Shown here: positions 1-10,596 of the stretch, piece after piece
Position numbering within the stretch: the stretch's first letter is position 1
How the letters are laid out: the number at the start of each line of letters is the position of its first letter
Assembly (NCBI GenBank): GCA_965203515.1
Contig: OZ241907.1
Coordinates: 2,656,001-2,720,000 of the forward strand
Length of the DNA stretch: 64,000 bases
Source of the DNA: Spirochaetia bacterium
GTDB taxonomy: Bacteria; Spirochaetota; Spirochaetia; SZUA-6; Bin103
Reading direction: 5' to 3'
Notes under the pieces: generated by a model
What the model was told of the DNA's origin: nothing
What the model saw: only the letters and a program-made list of their open reading frames with translations
Databases searched by the model: none
Made by a program: the position numbers and the translations under genes

Positions 1-196
1 ACCACGCCGCGCCGGCGTCCCAAAGATCGTCGACGATGCCGGCGGCGCGCAGCAGCTCGCCCGGATGCCCGCGGCCGAGCAGCGCCAGCCGCCCCACACG
101 CCGCGCCGCCGCCCAGCGTTCGATCGCCGGGATGGCGACGATCAGATCGCCGAGCGCCCCCGCGTGGTACACCAGATCGGTCCGCACGCCGTGCAT
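1..196 (-). CDS. glycosyltransferase family 9 (heptosyltransferase-like), N-terminal part; runs off the window
   Basis: Manual translation from ATG at 196: MHGVRTDLVYHAGALGDLIVAIPAI...; GALGD motif typical of the GT9 N-terminus. Confidence 0.6.
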   Translation of the reverse strand, partial: MHGVRTDLVYHAGALGDLIVAIPAIERWAAARRVGRLALLGRGHPGELLRAAGIVDDLWDAGAAW

Positions 197-216
197 GGCG
201 TTATAGTACGCGCGCC

Positions 217-1224
217 ATGGAACAGGCAGACGCCGCGGCGGCGAGCGGCGGCGACCGTCGGCGGCGCGTCACGGCGGCCGCGGTCACCCTTGCGCGCGGC
301 GTAGCGATGGGCGTCGTCGAGCTGGTCCCGGGAGTGAGCGGAGGCACCATGGCGCTGGTGCTGGGCATCTACGGGGACCTGATCAACGCGATCGACGCCA
401 CCTTCGCCTGGATCGGACGGTGGCTGCGGCGGCTGCTGCCGGGCGCCGCTACGCGGGCGCGCGCCGGTCGTGCGCCGACGCGGAGCCGCACTCCGCCGGT
501 CTCGTTCCTGGCGCTGCTGGCGATCGGCATGGCGGCGGCGCTGCTGGCCGGCAGCCATCTGGTGACGGAGCTGCTGCGTACCGCGCGCGGGCCGACCTAT
601 GCGTTCTTCTGCGGTCTGGTGCTGGCGTCGGTCGCCACGCCGTGGCGCCTGATGGAGCGCCGCGGGCCGGTCGAGATCGCGGTGATACTCTGCGCCGCGG
701 CCGTCAGCTTCCTGGCGTCCGGGCTGCGCGCCGCGGAGTCGGGCGCGCCCGGGCTCCCGTTCCTGCTGCTCTCCGGGGCGCTGGCGGTGGCCGTGCTGGT
801 GCTGCCGGGGGTGAGCGGCTCGTTCGTGCTCCTGGCGCTCGGCTCCTACGGCTACGTGATCGAGCGGGTGCGCGGCCTCACCGCCGGCGAGCTCGGCGAG
901 TCGGCGCTGCCGCTCGCCGTGTTCGGGGTCGGCCTCGTCGCGGGGCTGGCGACCGCCACGCGGCTCATCTCCTGGCTGCTCGCGCGCCACCGGTCGCTGA
1001 CCCTGGCGGCCCTCACCGGGTTGATGCTCGGCTCGTTGCGGGCGCTGGCGCCGTTCTACCGGGACGGGCAGACGGTGCCGCTGCGCGAGGTCGGTACCCT
1101 GGGCGTCGAGCTGCTGCCGCTGGCCGCGGCCGCCGCCGCCGGCGCCGGCGTGGTGATCCTGATGTCGCGGGCCGCTCGCCGCGGCGGTATGCCGGCGGCG
1201 GCGCAGAGGACCGGCGCTCCATAA
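217..1224 (+). CDS. DUF368 family membrane protein (putative undecaprenyl-phosphate translocase)
   Basis: Two PGVSG motifs (ELVPGVSGGTMA, VLPGVSGSFVLL) and multiple TM segments. Confidence 0.85.
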   Translation: MEQADAAAASGGDRRRRVTAAAVTLARGVAMGVVELVPGVSGGTMALVLGIYGDLINAIDATFAWIGRWLRRLLPGAATRARAGRAPTRSRTPPVSFLALLAIGMAAALLAGSHLVTELLRTARGPTYAFFCGLVLASVATPWRLMERRGPVEIAVILCAAAVSFLASGLRAAESGAPGLPFLLLSGALAVAVLVLPGVSGSFVLLALGSYGYVIERVRGLTAGELGESALPLAVFGVGLVAGLATATRLISWLLARHRSLTLAALTGLMLGSLRALAPFYRDGQTVPLREVGTLGVELLPLAAAAAAGAGVVILMSRAARRGGMPAAAQRTGAP

Positions 1225-1227
1225 GGC

Positions 1228-2277
1228 TCACGACAGGCTGACGCGCGCGCCGCTGCGCGCCGATTCGTGCGCCGCCTCGATCGCGCGCAACGTGCCGGCG
1301 GCGAACTCGGCGGTGAGCGGCGCTGCTCCGGCCGTCCCCAGCCGGTCCTGGAAGTGGGCTATGGCGGGCGCGAACGCCGGACCGCCGTTGTCCAGAGTGA
1401 TGGTGTCGCGCCGGACGCCGTCGAGATGCCCGGCGGTGAGGTGGCCGGTGGTGATGTGAATGGTGCTCTCCGCGAGCGGATGGTAGGGCTCCGGCACGTG
1501 CATCACGCCGGCGCTGCCGGTGATCGTGATGCCGCGGTGGCGGTAGTCGTCGAATCCGCCCATGGCGATCGCCTGCACGCCGCCGGGCAGCTCCATCAGC
1601 ACGCTGGCCGCGCCGTCGATGCCGCCGTCGACGTCGTAGCGCACGGCCGCCTGCACGGTGAGCGGATCGGCGTTGAGCAAATGGCGGATGTACGCGATCG
1701 GGTAGCAGACCACGTCGAGCAGTCCGCCGCCGCCCATCGCGGGGTCCATCCGGTAGTCGCCGGCGCGCTGCCGGCGGTCGAAGAAGAAGCTCATGTGGCC
1801 GGTGATCTGGCTGACCGTGCCGATGCGGCCGGCGGAGAGCAGCTCGCTCACTACGCGGGTCTGCGGGTGGTAGCGGAAGACGAACGCCTCCAGCAACGGG
1901 ACGCCGAGCTGACGGCAGCGCGCCGCTACGCGCGCGGCGCTGTCGGCAGCGTCGGTGAGCGGTTTCTCGCAGAAGACCGGGATGCCGCGCTCGGCCGCCT
2001 CCAGGGTCCAGCGCTCGTGCTCGGAGTTGGGCAGCGGCACGTACACCGCGTCGATCGCGCCGCTGTCGAGCAGCTCCCGGTAGGAGCCGAACGCCCGCGC
2101 CGCGCCGTGCGCAGCGCCGCGGGCACCGCCCACGGCGGCAGCGAACGCCTCCGCCCGCTCTGCGTCGCGGCTGGCGACCGCGGTCAGCTCGGCGCCGCGC
2201 ACCGTGCGCAGCGCCGGGATGAAGACGTTGGCCGCGATCTGCGCGGTACCCAGGATGCCCCAACGGACCGTCGTCAT
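1228..2277 (-). CDS. Gfo/Idh/MocA family oxidoreductase
   Basis: VRWGILGTAQIA Rossmann start, CEKP motif, GGGGLLDV. Confidence 0.9.
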   Translation of the reverse strand: MTTVRWGILGTAQIAANVFIPALRTVRGAELTAVASRDAERAEAFAAAVGGARGAAHGAARAFGSYRELLDSGAIDAVYVPLPNSEHERWTLEAAERGIPVFCEKPLTDAADSAARVAARCRQLGVPLLEAFVFRYHPQTRVVSELLSAGRIGTVSQITGHMSFFFDRRQRAGDYRMDPAMGGGGLLDVVCYPIAYIRHLLNADPLTVQAAVRYDVDGGIDGAASVLMELPGGVQAIAMGGFDDYRHRGITITGSAGVMHVPEPYHPLAESTIHITTGHLTAGHLDGVRRDTITLDNGGPAFAPAIAHFQDRLGTAGAAPLTAEFAAGTLRAIEAAHESARSGARVSLS

Positions 2278-4466
2278 GATTCCTCCCTGCCGCCGCGCTC
2301 AGGCCGCCGGCCGGGGCGCAGCGACCGCAGCCGGCTGCGGTACCAGGTCCGCCGGACCTCTGCGGCGGCGCGCGCGGCGGCGGCGACCTCCGCGGCGGTC
2401 GGCCGGTAGCCGGCGTAGGCGACGCGCACGAACAGACCGACGAACTCGCGCAGCCGTGCGGCGGCCGGCGGCAGCCGCCCGGCGAACGACCGTTCCCAGG
2501 ACAGCCAGCCGGTCGTTTCCGGCAGCGGTATGCCGGCGTGCGCGGCGAGCTTGACGTAGCGCTGCGCGACGCGGCCGATCGGGCTGGCGCGCAGCGATGC
2601 GCGCGCGGCCATGATCAGACGCGCCGCCGCCCACGCGACCGCGGCCAGGATCAGCGCCGCCGCGCCGGCCAGCAACGGCCGCGCGTTCAGAGCGCGGCGT
2701 TCGGCGCGGATATCCCGGCGCAGCATGGAGGAGAGCTGCCGCGCGGTGGCCGGGTCGAGTTGCACCTCCGCCGCCACCTCCGCCAGCTCCGCGGCCTCCG
2801 CCTGACCCAGGTTCGGCGTGAAGCCCGGATTGACCGCCGGGGTCGCCTCCCAGGTCGTCCAGCCATGCGGCTCCAGCCACACCTCCGCCCAGGTGTGAGC
2901 GGCCAGGCCGGTCACCTCCGCTTCCGTGGAGACCACCTCCGCGACGTCGAGGTCCGGGTCGTCCAGCTCATCGATGCCGGTCAGGATGGCATCGAGCGAC
3001 GTGACCGGAAAGTGCACGAGATAGCCGGAGACGTAGCGCGCGGGGATGCCGTTGACGCGGGCGAAGATGGTAAAGGCGGTGGCGAAGTGGACGCAGTAGC
3101 CGCGCCGCTCGCCCAACAGAAAGTGGCCGATGAAGTCTTCGCCGCGGCCCGGCGCGGGGGGCGTCAGCGAGTAGACGCAGGTCGACTTGAGGAACCGTTC
3201 GATGGCGCGCAGCCGATCGGCGGCGCCGACGGCCCCCCGGGTCGCGTCGTTCGCCAGCGATCGCACCTCCTCCGGCAGGGACGCGGGCACCTGCAGGTAG
3301 CGGCTGTCGGTCGGCGGCGCGAGGGTGCGGATCGCCGGGTGGCGCCGCAGGCCGATCGAGGTGCCGCGCAGGATCGGCTCCAGCGGAAAGAAGCCGCGCG
3401 CGTAGTCGGCCACGGCGAGCTGCGGCCGGTATGGCGTGACCGAGAAGTCGACCGTATCGACGGTGTGCGGCAACGCGTCGTACGCGTCCGCCAACAGCTC
3501 GACGCGCACGTCCGCGTCCCGCGTGAGGGGCGGCGGAAAGAGGATGAAGCGCTCCGTGTCGAGCGCGCTCGCCGGCCCCTGCTGCGTGAACGCCCAGGTA
3601 GCGCCGTCGTAGTGGTCGAACACCTCGGTGCGCAGATAGAGCGTGCGCGGGTCCGGCGAGTGGACGCGCAACAGGGGGCGCGGCGACAGCACCGGCGTGC
3701 CGCCCAGGCGCCGTTCCTCGTGCTGGGTGCCGAACCCCGGGATGGAGTACAGCAGCGGGAAGCGCGGAAAGGTCGAGGAGATCGCCGCCCGCATGCGCGG
3801 GTGCAGGACCAGATCGACGAAGTAGTTGCCGCCGCCGGGGCGGGGGAACAGCAGGCCGACTCCTGCGGCCAGCAGCACGATGACGGCCGCGAACGCCGCG
3901 GCGCCGCCGGCGCGCTCCGGTACGCCGCGGCCGCCGAGCACGACCACCGCCAGCACCACGGCCGCCAGGGTGAGCGCATGGAGCACCGGCGACTGGACGA
4001 TCACCGCCGCCAGCCCCATCCCCAGCACCGCCAGGACGGCCGCCGCCAGGCCGAAGCCGCTCGACAACACCACCCCCGCCGCTGACGAGAACGCCCAGCC
4101 GGCGATCAGCGTGAACAGGTTGGAGACCGTTCCCTGCTGCGTGCCCTGCGCCACCTCCAGGAACCACAGCCGGTACGAGGAGAACGGCGTGATGACGATG
4201 CCGACCAGGATCGACGCGCCGAACAGCGCCGAGGCGCCGGCCGCCGCCCACCGCACCGGCCTGGCGGCCGGCGCCGGCACGAACGCCGCGGCGATCTGCA
4301 GCGCCGCCACTGCGCCGGTGAGGCCCAGCACGAGCGCCGCCGACAGATCGGCGCGCAGCAGCCAGCGCACGGCGATCGGCAGCGCCAGCGCGATTGCGGC
4401 TGCCGCCGCGGCCTGCAGTTCAGGCCGAACGGCGGAGCGCGGCCGTCGCAACGCGGACGTCGCCAC
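2274..4466 (-). CDS. membrane transglutaminase-like (TgpA/DUF3488-type) protein
   Basis: N-terminal TM helices; GYCVHFA catalytic Cys, HTWAEV His, WEATP. Confidence 0.85.
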   Translation of the reverse strand: MATSALRRPRSAVRPELQAAAAAAIALALPIAVRWLLRADLSAALVLGLTGAVAALQIAAAFVPAPAARPVRWAAAGASALFGASILVGIVITPFSSYRLWFLEVAQGTQQGTVSNLFTLIAGWAFSSAAGVVLSSGFGLAAAVLAVLGMGLAAVIVQSPVLHALTLAAVVLAVVVLGGRGVPERAGGAAAFAAVIVLLAAGVGLLFPRPGGGNYFVDLVLHPRMRAAISSTFPRFPLLYSIPGFGTQHEERRLGGTPVLSPRPLLRVHSPDPRTLYLRTEVFDHYDGATWAFTQQGPASALDTERFILFPPPLTRDADVRVELLADAYDALPHTVDTVDFSVTPYRPQLAVADYARGFFPLEPILRGTSIGLRRHPAIRTLAPPTDSRYLQVPASLPEEVRSLANDATRGAVGAADRLRAIERFLKSTCVYSLTPPAPGRGEDFIGHFLLGERRGYCVHFATAFTIFARVNGIPARYVSGYLVHFPVTSLDAILTGIDELDDPDLDVAEVVSTEAEVTGLAAHTWAEVWLEPHGWTTWEATPAVNPGFTPNLGQAEAAELAEVAAEVQLDPATARQLSSMLRRDIRAERRALNARPLLAGAAALILAAVAWAAARLIMAARASLRASPIGRVAQRYVKLAAHAGIPLPETTGWLSWERSFAGRLPPAAARLREFVGLFVRVAYAGYRPTAAEVAAAARAAAEVRRTWYRSRLRSLRPGRRPERGGREES

Positions 4467-5694
4467 CGACCAGATCCTCCTCGATCGTGTCAGGTCCCCG
4501 CAGCAGCATGACGCGGCCGCCGCGATTGCGCACCGTATTGAAGTACTGCTCGGCGTCGTACAGCGCGCGCCGGTCGCGCCCGGTGCCGTTGAAGATCACG
4601 CCGCTCACCTGCTTGGAGCTGACCGACGCCTCGATGATCGCGAACAGCTCCGGGTCGAGGTGATGGGTGAGGAACATGACCGACTCCGCGTCGTCGGCGC
4701 GCGCCTCCCAGTCCGCCCAGAACAGGCGCGCCGGCGACACGCCGTCCTTGAACTCCAGCCGGAAGTTCTCCCGGTACAGCCGGTCGAACTCATCCGGATG
4801 CCGGCCCGCGAACGCGTAGACCTCCTGACCGACCGCCGCGCGGACCGCGGTCGGCACCCCCGTCGACAGGAAGTGGCGCACCACCGCCAGCAGCGCCTCG
4901 ATCGTCACGTCCTCGACGGCCAGCGCCGGCGCGTCGACCTCCCCGGCCGGCGGCATGCGCAGGTCGACGTAGATCGTCACCGCCGGCTCCGAGCTGGCCT
5001 GATACTGGCGGATGAACGGCTTGCCGATGGCGGCGAACTTGCGCCAAGCGATGTGGCGGGCCGCCTCGCCGTGGCGCGCCTCGCGGAGCTGCGTGAACAT
5101 GGCGTAATCGGGCTCGCCGACCATCGATTCGCGCCGGCCGGCGTGCGGATGCGCCTCGTCCCCGGCCGCCAGGCGGGAGAGCTTCAGCACGCGCGGAAAG
5201 ACCCGGAACTCACGGAATCCGACCTCGGGGCGCGCCGCGAACAGGCGCAGCGGGTCGCGCAGGGTGACGCGCCGGATGCCGATCGTGTAGATGCCGCGGT
5301 AGGGAAGCCGGATCGGGTAGTCGCGGTCGATCACGGCGTTGCCTCCCAGGTAGATCGACAGATCGGGGAGCGCCGTCTCGCCCAGCGGGCGCACCGCCTT
5401 GAACTCCACGTGGAGCTGCGAGACCGGGATCACCGAACGGTTCTCGATCCGCAACGAGTAGACGATCCGCTCGCCCTTGACCGGGTGGGCGCTGGAGAAG
5501 CGCTGCCCGTAGGCGACCGCGGCGGAGGCCGCCCGCAGCGCGATGAACGAGAAGAGCGGGAGCAGCAGCAGCGTGATCGCCAGGACGACGAAGAATCCCC
5601 CCAGGTAGGCTGCCGCCAAGTAGGCGATGACCAGCGTCGCGGCGTAGAAGCCGAGCGCCCGCGCCCGTTGCCCGAGCGTGAAGGAGCGGGTCAT
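4420..5694 (-). CDS. DUF58 domain protein
   Basis: N-terminal TMs, YRGIY, DPLRLF, LREARHGE..RHIAWRKFA; adjacent to the transglutaminase gene; start taken at ATG 5694. Confidence 0.8.
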   Translation of the reverse strand: MTRSFTLGQRARALGFYAATLVIAYLAAAYLGGFFVVLAITLLLLPLFSFIALRAASAAVAYGQRFSSAHPVKGERIVYSLRIENRSVIPVSQLHVEFKAVRPLGETALPDLSIYLGGNAVIDRDYPIRLPYRGIYTIGIRRVTLRDPLRLFAARPEVGFREFRVFPRVLKLSRLAAGDEAHPHAGRRESMVGEPDYAMFTQLREARHGEAARHIAWRKFAAIGKPFIRQYQASSEPAVTIYVDLRMPPAGEVDAPALAVEDVTIEALLAVVRHFLSTGVPTAVRAAVGQEVYAFAGRHPDEFDRLYRENFRLEFKDGVSPARLFWADWEARADDAESVMFLTHHLDPELFAIIEASVSSKQVSGVIFNGTGRDRRALYDAEQYFNTVRNRGGRVMLLRGPDTIEEDLVGGDVRVATAALRRSA

Positions 5695-5765
5695 CGGGCG
5701 AAATCTACCACGCGCCGGCCTGCGCTGACTCACCGCCCGCGGCGGTGCTACGATAGCCGTTCGAC

Positions 5766-6596
5766 ATGGAGCATCTCTCGCCCGCGCTGGCGGGCCGATC
5801 GTTCGTGGTCACCGGCGGCGCGCTCGGCATCGGCGGGGGCATCGCGGACGCGGCGGCCGCGGCCGGCGCCAAGGTGCTGGTCGTCGACCGCGACGCCGAC
5901 GCGGGTCGGGCGCGGGTCGAGCGGATCGCGGCGGCCGGCGGCGCCGCCGCGTTCCTGCAGGCCGACCTGGCCACCCACGACGGCTGCCGCGCGGCGGTCG
6001 ATGAGGCGGTGGCCGCCTTCGGCGCCGTGGACGTGCTGTGCAACAACGTCGGCATTCAGCCGCCCGCGTCCTACGCGACGGCGGAGGAGACGACCGAGGA
6101 GATGTGGGACCTGATCATGGCGGTCAACGTCAAGAGCTACTTCTTGACCGCCAAGTATGCCATCCCGCACATGCGGCGCCGCGGCGGCGGGGCGATCATC
6201 AACGTCGCCAGCGTGCAGGGCCTGCAGTCGGCGCCGCTGGTTCCCGCGTACGCCGCCAGCAAGGGCGCGGTGCTGTCGCTGACCCGTCAATTGGCGATCG
6301 ACTACGCGCGCGAGAACATCCGCGCGCTGGCCGTCTGCCCCGGCAGCATCGACACCCCGCTGCTGCGCGCCGCCGCGGCGATGCAGGACGGTGACGTGGA
6401 GCGGACGGTCCGGGACTGGGGACGCTCCCATCCGCTCGGCCGGACCGGGCAGCCGGAGGACATCGCCTCGGTGGTGGTGTTCCTGGCCGGACCGGGCGCG
6501 TCGTTCATGACCGGCGAGTACGTCTGCGTCGACGGCGGCTACAACGCGCTGGGCGCCTGGGCCGAGCCGCGCGAGCCGGCGCCGGCCGACGCGTGA
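5766..6596 (+). CDS. SDR family oxidoreductase
   Basis: TGGALGIG, NNVG, YAASKG. Confidence 0.92.
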   Translation: MEHLSPALAGRSFVVTGGALGIGGGIADAAAAAGAKVLVVDRDADAGRARVERIAAAGGAAAFLQADLATHDGCRAAVDEAVAAFGAVDVLCNNVGIQPPASYATAEETTEEMWDLIMAVNVKSYFLTAKYAIPHMRRRGGGAIINVASVQGLQSAPLVPAYAASKGAVLSLTRQLAIDYARENIRALAVCPGSIDTPLLRAAAAMQDGDVERTVRDWGRSHPLGRTGQPEDIASVVVFLAGPGASFMTGEYVCVDGGYNALGAWAEPREPAPADA

Positions 6597-7411
6597 GCGA
6601 CCGCCTGGACGGCCGCGTGGCGGTCGTCACCGGAGGAGCCGGCGGCATCGGGCGCGCGGTCTGCCGGCGCTTCGCGGACCGGGGCGCGCGCGTGACGGTC
6701 GCCGACCTGGCGGCCGACCGCGCCGTGGAGACGGCCGCCGAATGCGGCGCCGAGCGCGCGCTCGGCGCGTCGGTCGACGTGGTCGACCCCGATTCGGCCG
6801 CGCGCTGCGTGGCGGCCACCGTGGAGCGGTTCGGCCGCGTCGACTACTTGGCGTACTGCGCCGGCAACAACATCAAGGCGCCCGCCCTTGAGCTGACGCT
6901 GGCCGACTGGCGCAGCCAGCTCGACGCCCATCTGACCGGCGCGTTCGTCTTCTGTCAGGCGGTGGGCCGGCGGCTGGTCGCGCAGGGCGAGGGGGGCCGC
7001 ATCGTGCTGCTCTCTTCCGTGGCGGCGTGGGCGCCGATACCGCAGCGGGGCGCCTACAGCCCGTCCAAGGCGGGGCTGGTGAGCCTTGCGCAGGTGTTGT
7101 CGGTCGAGTGGGCGGAGCATCGGATCAACGTCAACGCCGTCTGTCCCGGCGTGGCGAAGACACCGATGACCGATTTGGTGTATTCACGTGACCCGGAGTT
7201 GCAGCGGATCCGCCGGAGCCGGATGCCGATTCCCCGTGAGGTGCTGCCGGAAGAGATCGCCGACCTGGTGGTCTTCCTGTGCGGCGCCGGCTCGGCCTAC
7301 GTCAACGGGGCGGCGATACCGATCGACGGCGGCTTTCTCAACTCCGGATTCATGCCGGAGCGGAAGCTCGACGAGGCACATCACAGGCAATTCATGAGCG
7401 AAGGAGCATGA
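6593..7411 (+). CDS. SDR family oxidoreductase
   Basis: TGGAGGIG, YSPSK; GTGA overlap with the upstream gene. Confidence 0.92.
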   Translation: MSDRLDGRVAVVTGGAGGIGRAVCRRFADRGARVTVADLAADRAVETAAECGAERALGASVDVVDPDSAARCVAATVERFGRVDYLAYCAGNNIKAPALELTLADWRSQLDAHLTGAFVFCQAVGRRLVAQGEGGRIVLLSSVAAWAPIPQRGAYSPSKAGLVSLAQVLSVEWAEHRINVNAVCPGVAKTPMTDLVYSRDPELQRIRRSRMPIPREVLPEEIADLVVFLCGAGSAYVNGAAIPIDGGFLNSGFMPERKLDEAHHRQFMSEGA

Positions 7412-7656
7412 GAACCATGGCTGATACTGAGAAACGGGACCTGGACAAGCGGATGATCGGGGTGATCATCGGCGCCGTCGGTCTGCTGCTGTTCGTGCTG
7501 GGCGTGCTGGGCGTGCTGCGGGTCACCTTCATCGGGGTGATCGGCGTGATCGTCGGCGTCATCGTCCTGTTCGTCGGCATCAACGACAAGAAGAAGTGGG
7601 AAGAGGTGAAGAAGGACCTCTACCCGGAAGGGGAAGACGCCGGCGGCCAGAGCTGA
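7408..7656 (+). CDS. small two-TM membrane protein
   Basis: AAGGAG RBS, ATG overlapping the SDR stop (alternative start 7417), two hydrophobic helices. Confidence 0.7.
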   Translation: MRTMADTEKRDLDKRMIGVIIGAVGLLLFVLGVLGVLRVTFIGVIGVIVGVIVLFVGINDKKKWEEVKKDLYPEGEDAGGQS

Positions 7657-7698
7657 TCGGCGGCGCCCGGCGCGCGCCGGTATGACCGCAGATTCACC

Positions 7699-8856
7699 GT
7701 GACGACCGCAGCCGCCGGCGCGCGCCGCCTGTCCGTCCGCCCCGCGCAGCCCGCCGACCTGCGCGCCTTCGTCCGGTTCCCGTGGGCGGTCTACCGGGAC
7801 GACCCGCAGTGGGTGCCGCCGCTGATCCGGCGCGAACGGCGGCGGCTGGATCCGGCCGCCAACCCGTTCTTCGAGCATGCGTCGATGCAGCCGTTCGCGG
7901 CCTTCCGCGCCGGCCGCATGATCGGCCGCATCGCCGCGATCGTCGACGCGCGTCACAACGAGTACCACGGCGAATCGACCGGCTTCTTCGGGTTCTTCGA
8001 GTGCGCGGACGACCCGGAGGCGGCCGCGGCGCTGCTCGAGACCGCCGCCGACTGGCTGCGCGGCCGCGGCATGACCGCCATGCGGGGGCCGTTCAATCCG
8101 TCCACCAGCGATTCGCTCGGCATCCTGGTCGACGGCTTCGACCGCCCGCCGGCGATCCTGATGGCCTACAACCCGCCGTACTACCCGCGCCTGCTGGAAC
8201 GGGCGGGACTGGTCAAGGCGATGGACCTGTACGCCTACTACCTGCACTCCTCGGAAGCGGCGATACCGCCCAAGATCGCGCGCGTGGCGGCCGCGGTGCG
8301 CAAGCGTCACGGGGTGACCGTCCGGTCGGGGAACCCGCGCCGGATACGCCAAGACCTCGACCTGATAAAGCTGATCCACAATGAGGCGTCCGGCCGCAAC
8401 TGGGGGTTCGTGCCCAAGACCGACGCGGAGCTCGACCGCATCGCCCGCGACCTGCGGCGGCTGATCGATCCCGAGCTGGCGCTGTTCGCCTTCGTGAACG
8501 GCGAGCCGGCCGGGTTTTCGCTGGCGCTGCCCGACTGGAATCAGGTGCTGCGCGACATCGACGGCCGGCTGTTCCCGTTCGGGTTTCTGCGGTTGCTGCG
8601 CGGCCGGCGCCGCATCGACCTGCTGCGCGTCTACACGACCGGCGTGCGCCCGCGCTTCCGCAACCTGGGGCTCGACGCGATCTTCTACTACGAGACCTGG
8701 GTGCGCGGCGTCGGCCGGGGGCTGCTGGGCGGCGAGTTCTCCTGGGTGCTGGAGGACAACGTCAACATGCGCAACACCCTGGAGAACATGGGCGCGCGCC
8801 GGCACAAGACCTACCGCATCTATGAACGCTCGCTGGAGCGGCCGCCCCGCGATTGA
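7699..8856 (+). CDS. GNAT-family N-acetyltransferase (YghO-like)
   Basis: WVPPL, GRIAA, GFFGFFEC, MAYNPPYY, SWVLEDN motifs. Confidence 0.85.
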   Translation: MTTAAAGARRLSVRPAQPADLRAFVRFPWAVYRDDPQWVPPLIRRERRRLDPAANPFFEHASMQPFAAFRAGRMIGRIAAIVDARHNEYHGESTGFFGFFECADDPEAAAALLETAADWLRGRGMTAMRGPFNPSTSDSLGILVDGFDRPPAILMAYNPPYYPRLLERAGLVKAMDLYAYYLHSSEAAIPPKIARVAAAVRKRHGVTVRSGNPRRIRQDLDLIKLIHNEASGRNWGFVPKTDAELDRIARDLRRLIDPELALFAFVNGEPAGFSLALPDWNQVLRDIDGRLFPFGFLRLLRGRRRIDLLRVYTTGVRPRFRNLGLDAIFYYETWVRGVGRGLLGGEFSWVLEDNVNMRNTLENMGARRHKTYRIYERSLERPPRD

Positions 8857-8890
8857 CCGCGGAGTGCCGGGCCGATAGCATTGCGGCGTC

Positions 8891-9460
8891 ATGTCGGTAC
8901 TCGAAACCATCGCCGCCCGGCGTTCCGTATTCGACTTCCAGCCGGCGGCCGTACCGCGCCCGCGGATCGAGCGCGCGCTGCAGGCGGCCGTCTGGGCGCC
9001 GAACCACAAGCTGACCGAACCGTGGCGGTTCATCGTCGTCGGACCGGAGGGCAAGCACCGGCTCGGCGAGGTCTACGCGCGGCTCAAGCAGGACGCGGTG
9101 CCGGTCGAGATCACGCCGGAGGCGCGCAGCGAGATCGGCCGCAAGGCGGTCGCCAAGCTCATGGGCAAGCCGACCGTGATGGCGGTGACCTGCGCGGTGT
9201 CCGGCGATCCCCTGCGGGATCGGGAGGATTACGCCGCTACCTGCTGCGCGATCCAGAACATCATGCTGGCGGCGTGGGAGGACGGCATCGGCATGCAGTG
9301 GAGCACCAGCGGCCTGATCGATGACGCGGAGGCGCTGACGGTACTGGGCGTCGATCCGGAACGGGAACGGGTGGTCGGCCTGTTGTACGCCGGCTTCGCG
9401 GAGCGGGTGCCGACCTCGTCCCGGAAGCCGGCCGCCGAGCTGACCACCTGGCTGGCGTGA
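8891..9460 (+). CDS. nitroreductase family protein
   Basis: RRSV, WAPNHKLTEPWRF, QNIMLAA. Confidence 0.9.
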   Translation: MSVLETIAARRSVFDFQPAAVPRPRIERALQAAVWAPNHKLTEPWRFIVVGPEGKHRLGEVYARLKQDAVPVEITPEARSEIGRKAVAKLMGKPTVMAVTCAVSGDPLRDREDYAATCCAIQNIMLAAWEDGIGMQWSTSGLIDDAEALTVLGVDPERERVVGLLYAGFAERVPTSSRKPAAELTTWLA

Positions 9461-9470
9461 GGAGCCGCGC

Positions 9471-10571
9471 GTGAACGCCGCCACCCCGATCGGACTGCCG
9501 GTCGACGATCTCGATACCCCGGCGCTGCTGGTCGACCTGGAGCTGCTGGACCGCAACGTCGAGCGGATCGCCCGCGTGGTGATCGAAGAAGCCGGCATCG
9601 GCTGGCGCCCGCACACCAAGGCGCTCAAGACGCCCGCGCTGGCGCACCGACTGATCGCCCGCGGCGCGCTGGGGGTGACCTGCGCCAAGTTGGCCGAGGC
9701 GGAGGTGATGGCGGCCGGCGGCGTCAAAGACATCCTGGTCGCCAATCAGGTAGTGGGGCCGGCCAAGGCGCGGCGTCTGGCGCACCTGCGCCGCAGCGCG
9801 GACGTGGCCGTGGCGGTCGACTCGGAGATCGGCGTGCGGCAGATCGGCGCCGCGGCCGCCGCCGCCGGCACCGAGGTGCGGGTCGTGGTCGAGGTGAACG
9901 TCGGCATGGACCGCGCCGGGGTCGCGCCCGGGGAGGCGGCGGTGCGCCTGGCGCGCGTCGCCGCCGGCACGCCGGGCGTGCGGCTGGCCGGGCTGATGGC
10001 GTGGGAGGGGCACACGCTCGACGTCGAGCCGGCCGCCGCCAAGCGCCGCGCGATCGAGAACGCGGTCGGCCTGTTGACCGACAGCGCCGACCGCTGCCGC
10101 GCGGCCGGGCTGCCGATCGACATCGTGAGCTGCGGCGGCACCGGCAGCTACCGGATCACCGCCCGCCAGCCGGGCGTGACCGAAATCCAGGCCGGCGGCG
10201 GCGTGCTGGGCGACGCCATGTACCGGCAACGGTTCGGCGTCGATCACGAATGCGCGCTGCGCATCGTCGCCACGGTCACCAGCCGGCCGACGCCGGAGCG
10301 GGTCGTCTGCGACGCCGGCCGCAAGACCATGAGCGTCGATTCCGCGACTCCGGAGGTCCAGCGGTTGACGGTGACCGGCGCCAGGTTCTCGGCAGAGCAC
10401 GGCGTGCTGACCCTGGCGGAGCCGTCGGACACGCCGGGCGTTGGCGACCGTCTGGAGTTCATCGCCGGCTACTCGGACACCACCGTCGTCCTGCACGACG
10501 CCATCTACGCGACGCGCAACGGCGTGGTGGAGGCGGTCTGGCCGCTACTCGGCCGCGGGCGGTTGACCTAG
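9471..10571 (+). CDS. DSD1/D-threonine aldolase-like PLP enzyme (alanine racemase fold)
   Basis: DTPALLVD, RPHTK PLP lysine, GGTGS, SAEHG. Confidence 0.88.
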   Translation: MNAATPIGLPVDDLDTPALLVDLELLDRNVERIARVVIEEAGIGWRPHTKALKTPALAHRLIARGALGVTCAKLAEAEVMAAGGVKDILVANQVVGPAKARRLAHLRRSADVAVAVDSEIGVRQIGAAAAAAGTEVRVVVEVNVGMDRAGVAPGEAAVRLARVAAGTPGVRLAGLMAWEGHTLDVEPAAAKRRAIENAVGLLTDSADRCRAAGLPIDIVSCGGTGSYRITARQPGVTEIQAGGGVLGDAMYRQRFGVDHECALRIVATVTSRPTPERVVCDAGRKTMSVDSATPEVQRLTVTGARFSAEHGVLTLAEPSDTPGVGDRLEFIAGYSDTTVVLHDAIYATRNGVVEAVWPLLGRGRLT

Positions 10572-10596
10572 GGAGCCGCGCCGCCCGCTGGCGGCG